Part shown: positions 27,001 to 39,000 of the stretch, one piece after another
Layout: each line of letters starts with the position of its first letter
Position numbering within the stretch: the stretch's first letter is position 1
Assembly (NCBI GenBank): GCA_028716965.1
Contig: JAQUOV010000003.1
Span: 140,756 to 204,755 of the forward strand
Source: Candidatus Omnitrophota bacterium
Lineage (GTDB): Bacteria > Omnitrophota > Gorgyraeia > Gygaellales > Profunditerraquicolaceae
Length of the DNA: 64,000 nucleotides
Direction of reading: 5' to 3'
The notes under the pieces: generated by a model
Told to the model about the DNA's origin: nothing
Database searches by the model: none
The model's input: only the letters and a program-made list of their open reading frames with translations
Translations under genes and position numbers: made by a program

Positions 27001-30000
27001 CTTCTGCGTCTTCTTGAGGATTTATTATTTCATTTATAGTAGTGAGCAAACCGTGGTAATCGTAGACGATTGTTTCAAAATCAATGTTGCCGGTAAATTG
27101 CTCTATAATGTTTCTTAAGCCGAGCGAATGGTGTTCTGCGGTGGTTACTGAATTAGGTAGGTATTTCAATACAGCATTAACAAGATGCTGCCTTGCCTCA
27201 GGCGCGCCCCTTGAGCCATTAGGAATGTTTCTTAAATATTCTATTTTACCTAATATTTCCTGTCTGGTTTTCAAAGGCAATCTTGCAGCTTGTCCCCCCT
27301 GCGCATTGCCGGCTGTATTGGCTATGGCGTGCTCTATCAATTGAAGTAAGGGCATATGGACATTAGCGCTAGAGTTCTTAATTTCTTCGGTATAGATATT
27401 ACGCAGAAAATCCAGCCTCTTGGCTACCTGCGCTACTCCCATCAGACTAACTGCATGTTGTAATGACCAGCCATAATTGGCGTCTATGGCATCATAGCTG
27501 GCATCAGCCTTTACCTTAGCTGCTTCTCCCAGAATATGCTGAGCATATCCTTTAAGAAAAGAGGACATCTGTGGGTCATCGATTATCTCTCTCATTGTGG
27601 TTTCTATCTTGGAGGCTGACTGCCTTAAAGCTTCTTTTACCCTTACCTCGGGTGACTGTCCGATATCAGCCAACTCCAGATGATAATTTTCTTTATATTC
27701 TATGGCTTTCTTAAGCAAGTCCTCTATCTTTGCGACTTGCTCTGAGGTCTTGGCCTGTTGAAGCATATTTTTTAACTGCTCTATCAGCCCGCGGGAAATA
27801 GCCGCTTCCCCAATCTGGAACACTAAGGCATCGGAGATATCCAAGCCGTCTTTCATGAGCGCACTGCGCTCCAATTCTCGGGCGTTGGCATTAGTCAGCT
27901 TAAATGCTTCCATACGCTGATTCAATTCAGTCTTTGTAAGGCCAAAGACATTCTGTTCCGTCAACTTGCTCTTATCATACAATACTATTCTTTCACCTTC
28001 AGTCACGCCGCTTCTTCTGTTCCTGTTTATCGCCTGCACCAGGTCGGAATGTCCCCAATTATGCGCATCATATACGATAACGTCAAATTCGCCTTTATAA
28101 TCAATGCCGGTTGCCGCCCTTTCGTTAGAGATAACTATCCAGTCTTTATTCTGGCCGATGCAATTTTGAATCTTATCATTAATTTCGCCGGCTGAGGTGC
28201 TTTCATTAATAGGGATAATTTCTTTGCCTTTGAGTCGAGGCTCATCCGTTATCCTAGCTTTTAAAGCATTCATGGCTTCGCGGTCTTTTATGAAAATCAG
28301 CGTTGCCCGGTCCTTTATTAAGGTAGGCATGATCTCAGCATAAGCTGTTTCGCCGGACTTAGGCTCAACTCTCGCCGTCTCTAATCCTTTTGTATCTCCG
28401 GCATTAACAAAGCCTTTGCCTAAGTTAAAAAGAAGCATTGTCTCAACCGCATTCAAGGTACCTGAAGCGCCTAAGACATCCGCACCCTCTTTAAATCTTA
28501 AGACTTCCGATAAAGTAGCCTGGGAAGAAGAAGCAGAAGTCTTCAAATTACTCCTAATTGCCTCCATATCCAGGCCTGAATAGCCTAATTTCTTTTGTAC
28601 TTCAGGATCCGATAGCCTGGTAAAAGCCGCAGCCAGGAAATACCTGTCGCTGAATATCTTGCTTACTTCGGCATTGCCTTTTTCCCGCGGGACAATTTGA
28701 TCTTTTATATCTTTTTCGCCTGCAACTGTCCACCTGTTTGTGTTCCTTGCCTCAAAGAACCCGCCGATTTCATGCGTACTTAATCCTTCCTGCTTTAAAA
28801 GATCTATTGCTGCGCGCGTCAACCCCCATTTCCCATCACTATCCTGATAAAATAAAGATTTTGTTTCGTGATTGTCTCTGGCATATTCTAATGCATCTTT
28901 TGCGCTTGTTTTATCATCCTTTTCCCACGCCTCAGATGCTGGTTCTAATTCACCCTTATTCATAAGCTCCGTAATCTTTTTGTAAGCCTTTTCAGCGCCT
29001 ATGATAAACTCGGTCTGCAATTTAATTGGATTTCCTGCGGAAAGTATATAGGTTATTTTATCAGAGAAGGGAATATGGAACTCGTCAAACCTGACGAAGT
29101 CCTGGTTGATAATCCTGTCTATCAATGTCGACTCCTGGTTCCTGTTGCGCAGATGCCCAAACTGCTCCATGCTGAATACCGTAATCGTATTGCCTTCACC
29201 TAACTTGTTCTCTAACCCACCATTGTTTGCGTTAGATAGGGATAGGTCATCACCGTTTGCCAGTTCCACCCCGAACATTTTTAAGAATTCCACCATATTA
29301 GCGCTGCCTTTATTGCCATTTACAGTAGACTCCAATTCTACTCCATCTTTTACAACTAAAGTCTGATTAGGTATGTTACCCATCTTCCTTCCATACAAAT
29401 AATTAACCAACATTTCCACCAGGTAGGCATCGCTCTTGCCGCCTCCGGCAGTAAGATGAACGTTAAATCCTTCCTTTAAACCGAGGATCATCTTTAGCTG
29501 ACCGGTTACTGTTTCTTCTTTATACGCTTTAGATGGATCTTTCGCCGCCTTTTCTATATTGTATTTAGCAAAAGCAATATAAGTAGCAAATACCAAAGGC
29601 ATGATTTCTTCTTTTGTTATCTTTACGCTATTTTTATCTTCGCCTTTAGCAATGAACCGGCCGATGAATTCTTCCAACCTGGAAACATCGGCATTCTTTC
29701 CTAATAAATTCTCCTGTTTTAACTGCTTAAGATAAGCATTCAAGTTATCAACGAAATCATTAATTTCCTTTTGCTTCTCCTTAGCTATCGGTTTAGTTAA
29801 TTTGCTTTCATTGAATTCTGCCATTACATCCCCGCTATCTTTGCCAACTTTCATACTTAATACACCTGATTCAAAGTAACCCCTATATCCCTCACCCTCA
29901 CCTTTGATCATACGCTCAGCATAGCGGCTTCCAATCTGAGGAGAGAGACGCGCCAGTACAGGGATCAAAAGATCAACCTTCTCCCCCTTAATGTTTAATG

Positions 30001-33000
30001 TGATCACCCTGTTTTCTTTCTTTCCCCCTATAACTTTCTCAATTTCTGCTCTTCTATCATTTACAAATGTGGCGAGGTCATCGAATTTCTCCCCTGATTG
30101 CCTAAGCTCATTCTTAAAGTCTTGCAACTTTCCTTCCATTGCTTCAATTTGTTCCTTAATCAGCTTTTTCCTGCTGCTGTCAATTTCTTTAGATAGATTT
30201 TCATTTAACAATTTTATATCCTTAAATAAACCATTAATCCTGTTTAATTTGGCGGATTCACCAGCTACTTTCAGAAGAGAATGTTCCTCTAAAGCCGCCT
30301 CTAATTTTTTTACGGATAATTTCTCCAATTTCTCCAGGTGGCTTGCCGACAGCATATCCAGAATGTCCTCTACACGCTCTATAGGCTTGGAGGCGCCGTT
30401 TCTTTCTACGTAATCTAACAGATGCCGATCTTTAAATGATTCTAACGCATCTTTCTCTCCCTCAGAAAGCTCCACGCCAAACCGCCGGTTATAAGCTTCA
30501 ATAAGCTCATCGGTTTTCCCTTCTCTTATCCCTTGTAAAGCGGCTTTCTTCAGGAAATCTTTTTCTTCTTTTCTTAACTCACCAAGTTTTTCATAAGGCT
30601 TCCCTTCAAGATAGGCCTTTTGCCAAGCCTCGTTTGCCTTCCAATAATCCTTGTTATAATCTTTTACGCCTTCACGGCTGGCATTCTCCCTGGCTGTCTT
30701 TATTCCCTCAACCAACAGCATCAAGTGCTCGACTCTTTGATCGCGTAATTTTTCATTGGGTATTACGCCTTTTAAATTATCTTGGAACTGCCCTTTGATT
30801 GTCTTCAGGTGCTCTTGTTTCTGTTCAGTAGTAGCGGTAACCGAAACATCAAGATTTACTCCATTCAGCAGCCTTCCCTCTGAACGCTCTTTATCAGCAA
30901 CTATTCTTGATGCTTCAGTAAGAAACCTGCTGTTAACAGGCAGTTCTAATTTTACCGTTTCCTTGCCAAAGGCAAATTCGATCTGACGACTCTTCCCCAT
31001 AACATCCTCTAATGACTTATCGCTGTCTTTCATTAATCCTTCGGCTGAGCTACCGGACATAAGCAGTCTCTGAAGCTCAATACCTCTTTCTACGCCCTCC
31101 CTTACCCTGCTTAAGTCATTATATGTTTCTTTAGACAAGACTTGAAAATCACCTAAGGTATCCTTACCAAGGATTTCCCGCGCATTGTCTGTAGCAGGAT
31201 TAAAATCCGGCTTGAGTTCCTGGGCCGCTATTCCTAATGCCTGATCAATGACTTTCCCTACTTCCGCGATGTTAGCCTGGCTGTTTTCTGATTTACCATA
31301 AATTCCTTCTGCTTCGGAAATTTTATCCAAGAACTTCTGCGCGGCATCGAATCTTTCCAGATAAGTCTGCTTTAACATGGAAGTAGTGCTTTCAGGGCGA
31401 ACACCTTCCGAGGCGATTTTCGCGTGCTCTGCGCTAAAACCAAAAACATTCTGCAATACATTTTCTGTCAGGCCCCTATTGGTCTGTTCAAAAGAGGTAT
31501 AAATATAGCCCTGTTTTACCGCTTCCGCAAAACTGCCGGCTTCCCTAGTTGCGTTCATCCAACTATGGAAATTGTCTTTTTCCTTGCACAACTGCGCTCC
31601 CAGCCGCTCACCTAAGGAAGCCTCGTAAGTCGGCACCATAAAGAAAGGAAGCCAGTTGGCGTAAGATTTGACGCCTTCTGATATATAACCTGCGCGCTGA
31701 TAATTGACAATTTCTCCGTGATCATTATAAACCGGATTAGTCTTTGATTCAAAACCAACCCAATCACCGACTTTTTTATCTACAATATCAACCACAGCGC
31801 TAACGCCGGTCACAAACCCGGGCATCCAGAGTACCGAAGAATCCACCCAGCGCCCGGCCGCCATCAGGGTATTCGACAGGTTTATCTGTCCCAGCCTGAT
31901 ACCGTCGGCAAATTCAACTCTATCTTTCGCAAAAACTGACCTTACGATATTAACAGCCCTTTCCACTAAGCCTCCGGAGGTATAAATAGGGCTGGTAGCC
32001 CAGGACTCAAGCGAAGGCTTGGCCTGGAACAGCTCGATCATCGGCTTCATCCACATACCTGACTTCGGGCCTTCTATTGCCGAAAACGCAAGATCACCGG
32101 CTATCATGGTCTTAAAATTAATGTTCCCATTCTCAGCATACCCTGTTTTCATCAGCCAGGTACCAGGATTAAAAACTGAGAAATTATTGATCATGCCCTG
32201 CATTGCAGGAGAAACCTCTCCATTATAAAGACCAAAATACTTTGCTTTTACGCCTTCCCAAAAAGCTCCGCCAAACGTAAATGCCGGCGATACTACTGTC
32301 CACTCAGCCGCTCCTGCCAAGGCGCGGTAAAATAACAGGTTAGGGCCGCTGAAAGTCCCCAATTCCAATCCGAATAAGGTTCTCACGGGTTGCGCCGCTG
32401 TTGCTTCTGTGGCTACCCCTGAGTATCCTTTTAAAACATTGCCTATCTGGCTACCCTGCATACCTAAATATATTCCAGTTGCTCCACCCATAAGACCATA
32501 ACCTAAGGTGTCAGAGAAAACTCTCTTACCCCAATTATCGCTCATCGCATAATTAAATGCCTTTGGATCTCTAATTCCAGCCAAATAATAATTAACGCCA
32601 TCCTGCGCAATATTTACGCCTGTTCCTGCAAAGACGCCAGTAATTCCGCCATATACAAATCTGCCAAGCATTGCTGAATCGCCATAACGCGTCAATATTC
32701 CCCTACCTACTCCTTGAGCAAAATTAGGTATGAGAGCACCTTTTGGCGTAAGATTGCCGACAGGCGTGCTAAAACCCCATCCCAAAGCAGCACCAATGAT
32801 TCCACCTCGCACATAATTCCAGGGATTAGAATATGCGTCAGCAACGCTTTTCCCGCCCAGAAGCACTGCTGCCAGCGGAAAAGCCGACATCCCTGCGCCT
32901 GTATAGGTGGCCATAGAACGGCCTAGTCCCTGCATTCCAAATCCTGTTAGCCCGCCGCCTAAAATTGATAATCCATATGAAGACAGTTTTGCCGCATCCA

Positions 33001-36000
33001 AAGAACCATCTTGTCTGAATAAAAGATTCTGTCCGGAGATGATATTTGAGCCAACGTTCATACCTAAATTAAATCCTGACACAATGCCTGCTCTTACCAA
33101 GGAAGATTGTGTCAAAAGGCCTGCGCTGCCAAAAAGCGCGCCTGCCGCTGCACCGGCACCAAAACCTTGGCCATATAGTTTGGCCACGCTCAAATAGCTC
33201 ATATCAGAGCCTTGTCCTTGGAACGCCGCCGCAGTAGTTCCGCTCAAAGCGTATATCTGACCACCGGCAAGCGCTTGAGAAGTAATACTCGTCAAGAGCC
33301 CACTCCCAAGTAGGGTTTCTCCGGCTGCCACTTTGCTGGCAATGGGAATACTTGCTCCCGCGACAACCAAAGCGGCATTCACATCCCAAGGCAACACCCC
33401 TGCCCAAATTGATTCCAAGCTTAAACCGTTATTATAAACAGATGCCCCAATACTGACTGCGTTGGGGATACCCACCGTGGCTATCTCATTAAATACAAAT
33501 GAACCGGCTGCTCTTTTGGCAGCTTCGCCTACTGTCCCCCGGGTAATACCTCCCGCGACTCCGAGCGTACCAACCGTAATAACAAGCTGAGCGCCGGCAA
33601 GCCCCAACTCTAAATTTGCATTTTGAATCTTATTTTCCAGCTTTTCTTGGTCCGGGAGCGTAATCCCGCGTATCTCTGCATCATATAGCTTAAGCTGATC
33701 GTCCACAATCGTTCTGGCAAGATTAGAATGCGGGTCATCTTGAATAGACATTGTAATAGGATTAAAATATTTATTGTTACCTAAATCAACAGGGTCCCTG
33801 CCAGATATTTGCGCGAAACTATCAACGAAATACCTAAAACTCTCCACTCCCCATTCCTTATTGTCAGCAGTAATAGCCACAATAGATTCACCGCCGTTAT
33901 AAACTGCTCTAGCAAAACCAACCACCGTGTTAACTAAAGACGCCGGTATACCAAAAGATATAGGCCTATCTTCTGCAAGTTTCTGAGTTAAAAGCACTCG
34001 TGTAAAGTTTAAAGCTGGATCGCCGCCTATATCATCTTCTGACGAAAGTCTAAAGTCGTAAAAAACATCTTTCATCTCTGCGATAACATCCTGATTATAA
34101 CCCATTGCTGTCAATCCATTCTCCAATAAAGGAGCCCAATCATGTTTAATTTTTGAACCTTCAAAATACAAATTATTTTGTAACATTTCACCCGTACCAT
34201 AAAGATTAGAAATCTCTGTACCTTTTTCAGTTAATAACTTTATCTCCGGAGACTGTAAATATCTGTTATCAAGGCGGCCATATTCATCTATTGGTACACC
34301 AGCAAAATTTATGCCGGTAATATTAGCGCCCGAGAGCCGCGCAAAAGTCATCCCCTTATCTACAATTGTCTTATCTGTTGAATCTCTCTCTCCAACCTCC
34401 ACTGGGTCAGTCCAAATCTTTCCTCTTAATACAACCCTAGCCTCAGCCGTATCTGCTCCTGGCATCAAAGTAAATCTAAACTTCAAGGCGCCTTCTGTGC
34501 CTTTAGAATCTGCGGGAAGTTGCGAATTTATCAACCACATGCCTGTTTCAGTATCCTGTCCGATTGCTTTGTAATAACTTTGAGGCCCATCCATCCCGGC
34601 ATTCTGCGCCACCTGATCAGGATTAAGCCTTAGACCGCTATCAGATGGTTTTGCAAATCGCACAGGCAAAGGAGTAGAATCATTTTTCATGACATAAGGA
34701 TCCTTTAAATCGTGCCATTTGCCATCTGAAGTAACTGAATATTCTCCTTTTTCTAAGGTATCCATGATTTTCATATTAAAACCATCCACAGGATGCTTGT
34801 AATATGCTGTAATGTCTTTGGTTGCGATGAAATCGCTGTTTTCTTTGGTAGCGCGTATCTGTAAACCCTGATTATTTTCCTGGTTGATGAGCTCTGTACC
34901 CCCGCTTATCAAAATACGATCATGCAAAGGAGTAGAAGTATAAGAGCCGTCTTCAGAGATATACCTAGTATAAGCACTGGTAGTATTGAGTTGCAGAGGC
35001 TGCTCTTTACCTCCGGCGATAATGGAACCAAACATAAGCTGGCCGTTTGCCTGAGGAGTCATTCTCCAAGTATTGAGGCCTCCGGTAACTGCGGCTGCGG
35101 TTGCTAAATCCTGGCCTACACGATTACCAAAAATATCATAACAGGCGGGCTTACCTTCTTTAGGGGTAGTATAAATTACACTCTGTGCATTCTCGGGGGT
35201 ATTGGTTACTTTATCTACCCTTGCGAACGCTACGTTTGGATCTTCCCAATTTCCAGTTTTTGCAAACGTTACCGGAGTTATTCCTAATTCCGCTGTTAAG
35301 TTGGTCCCTTCATAATTTATCGGACCACTTAAGCCAAGCGAATGAAAATGTTTCTGTTCGAAATTGAACGTAGATAATCCTTCGGGATCAGAAAATACTA
35401 CGCCTTCGAGTTTATTGGACTCATAGTATTCTGCAACTTCTACTTCCCTGCCAAGGACTGTTTTATCAGAAAAATCAATATTAATCTTACCGGAGTCTGA
35501 TTGCGCTCCGGCTATTCCCCCATCTACGCCAGGAACCGCATTAAACGAGTCCAGATAACGCGGGCTAAAAACTTTTACTTCATCCTTTTCGTTAAGAAAA
35601 ACTGAATGGCCAGCTATTTGGGATACGACGCTGTTACCATCTATAGTTTCTATGGAATAAGACTGCTTTAAGGAAGGATAGAGATTTAACCCTAATTTGA
35701 TATCTTTTGTGCCCTCATCACCTTTCTCTAAAGAACTTACATGCGCGATAACCTCAGAGCCTGGCTCAATAGACATATCAGTAAGCAAATTCCCATACCA
35801 GCTTGTTCCATTAACTAAATTGTCAACCACTAAGTCTTTTCCCAGCGCCTGCTCTAACTTCCCCCTTGCCCATGTAGAGACATACTCTAAAGTGGAAACA
35901 TCTCGAAGAGACCCTAGGCTTGACCATAATGAACCTTCTCTATCAGTCTGCCAAGTTACATAATTATTGTCTCCGATATCTACTGTTTTAGTATCGCTTC

Positions 36001-39000
36001 CACCTTCAACCTTACCACTCGGATTATTAATAGCAACAAAACTTGTATCGTTTATTTTACCGGTCTTAGGGGCCCTATTATCGCCTTTATACGTATTGTT
36101 TGCATCCGGAGTAAAAATTAAAGAAGACTTGTTGGAACCTGCGCTATCAGAGTTACCAGGTAATACCCCGATAGCCTCTCCTAATAATGCTGCCTGCGGC
36201 CAGTCAACTTCTTGAGTATTTATTTTTCCGATTTGTGAGGAAACTTGCGCCAACAAATTAGACGCTCCTCGATAATCTCCATTACCCATGCGATCATACA
36301 TCTCATTTAAGGAACCTTGTATTTCTGGGTTTTGCTGATAAATAGGATTGTTGGCGACTTTATCTGTCAAGATACCTGCCTGAGTCTCAAGCGACTTTTG
36401 TGAAGAGAGGAGAACCTTGTTGGCCTGAATCTGAGTATCGATTTGGCCCAATGTTACTTGAGCATCCTTTAACTTGCCATTATTTAATTGGTCTTTGGCA
36501 ATATTAATTAATTGCTCATACTTAGCATAATTTTCAGAGTCTTTCTGCTTTAAATCCTGCGCATAATTATTAAGATTAATCAGAGCGTCCTTTTTAATCT
36601 TATTATTATTAGCAGCAATCTCGGCATTGCGGGCCTTGATCTCAGAATTACGGACATTAATCGCTCTCCTTAATTCGCTAAATCCGTTTTCCGCATCGCT
36701 TAAAGCATCGTAATTATTTAGTTTCATCTTTCTGGCTGTCTCTTGATTACGACTCAATACAGAAGTAAGCACGAATGTGTCTCCTACGCTTGTATAATGC
36801 CTGCCAGTAGGATTACCTATAAACTTGACCCCTGTGGGCCTGCTTATCTCACCGTCTTCAACTGTAGCCGTGTAATCCTCAAGCGGCTTAAGTTTTCTAC
36901 CATCGTTCAGGTATACATTTGAACCTTGATATTCATAGCTTAAGCCTTTTGCACGATTGATTATATTGAAGCTGGCGATGTTTCCGGATTGATCAGTATT
37001 GATAATGGCGGGCATTAAACCTTGCGCGGTCAGAATTCCTTTGTCATTCTCAAAAGCCTTGGCTTGGCCTCTATGGTCCAAGGTATAACCCAAAGCATAA
37101 GAAGCTACTGAAGGTGCCCCACCTATTTCTTTCCCGGGTTCCACCAAAAATGGATTTTGGACCAGGTAATGTAGAATCGGAGTGGATTCTCCCTGGGTAA
37201 GCCTGGTATCCTGGGCAACTATCCGTTTTACCTGTTCACCTTCCCCATTTTTATTCTGACGAATATTAAAGTCCATGCTTTCGGCAAAATTAATTCTTCC
37301 CTGGGGCGCCTGCCAGCCTGTTTTATCATTGTATTCCTTGTATACTACCAGCCTATCCACAGATGTTTTAAGAACACCGTCTTCTTTTGTTAACACTGAA
37401 AATACGCGTGCCTGACTAAGCTGGGTATCAGTAAGCATGCCTGCGCTTTGCTTGGAAGAACCCAGGACGCTTTCAATCTTGCCGTTATTACCGAAAACCA
37501 GTTCAGCTCCGTGAATAGTATTACCCACAAAATTTGCGGTGCTCACCTGATTACTTGCGGTGATCTGAGTTACCAGCAGATTTGTAGTCCCGATATTGCC
37601 CTGCCAGGTTACATTATTATCAACTGTGTCGCCTTTTCTTATATCGCCTACCCCGCTCCATCTTGCGCCGGGACCAAAGGCAAGAGCGGAAGAAACAGCC
37701 ACATCTACCGCATAATTACCGGCTTTATCCCTGCTAAGAAGGATTGGGAAGGTACCCTGCCCTAAAGCGACAGCCTCTTTGTAAAGCTTGCCTTCCCTTA
37801 CAATTGTAGTCCCTGTCAAGTTCATATTTGTGGGATTGAATTTTATTCCTCCAGCAATAGCTTCCCTTTTTCCCGCCATCATCTTGCCATCGCTGACTAC
37901 GGCGGGAACAAATGCTTCGCCTTTTCCCACAAAACCAAAATCGCTGCCTCTTCCCAATACTGACTCGGTATTCAATGCCCCGGTGCGGGAAGTCATGCCT
38001 GTAATAACACCTTCCTTAATTATTCCAGTCCCAAGATTCTGCGAAGAATAAGTACCGGTGGCTGTACTGCTGCTGTATCCAATAATTCCTCCGTTAGCTC
38101 CGGAGAAATTTATCTGTCCCGAGGCGTCTTTAATGGAATCCTTGACGCCATTAGCGCTCCCTACAGCATTAATATGCTCCAATCCGATATTAACATTGGT
38201 GACGCCTGTGTTTAATGAATAAAGGCTGAGTGATGTTCCGTGGGTTTCAAATCCTGCGTTCTGCCCGGAAATCTTTGCTATACCACCATAAGCAATTGAG
38301 CTGGTAGGGGTTGCGGTAGGAAAAGTCATCCTGCCCTGGTTAAGCAACATCTCTCCGCCGCGGCTTAAGACTACTTTATAAGCATCATTAAAACTTCCGG
38401 TATCTACATGCCGCGATTGAAACTCCGGCGTAGCCCCGATTCCATAAAGCTGTTGTCCCCCATATCCGTACACAGTATCACCAGGCATCATCTTGGCGCC
38501 GGTAGATAAATCCCAGGCAATATTATCATTACCGCTCAAGCTTACGCGTATAATATTATCCGTAACATTAAAAGCGTTATATTGGCCATGTGGGCCTTCA
38601 GAAGCCCCTCCTGATTTATTACCCTCAACACTAAAGGATTTGTTGTTCTGCGCCGCATTAACATAGCTATCGCCTGTAACATTAGCCCCCAATGCCTGTT
38701 TTGCAGCAACCGGAGAAAGGCTTATCATCATATTAGCATTTTCCGTAGTAAATGCCCTGCCGGCATTAGCTTTACCACCCATAAAGCTTACCAGGACGCT
38801 TTTCTCTGACAGCCCATCTTCTTTGGCATAGCCTATAGCTACAGGGTTAACAATCTGCCGGGTACCCAAATCAACCAGGTTTCCATTTGCCGTAAGGCCA
38901 AAATCTTGAGAAGCAACTATTGATCTCGAGGATACATCGCCAGTGGGACTAAAACGAGTCCCGGCAGGTATGGTTCGCACGACTTGGCTGTTATCGGTGC

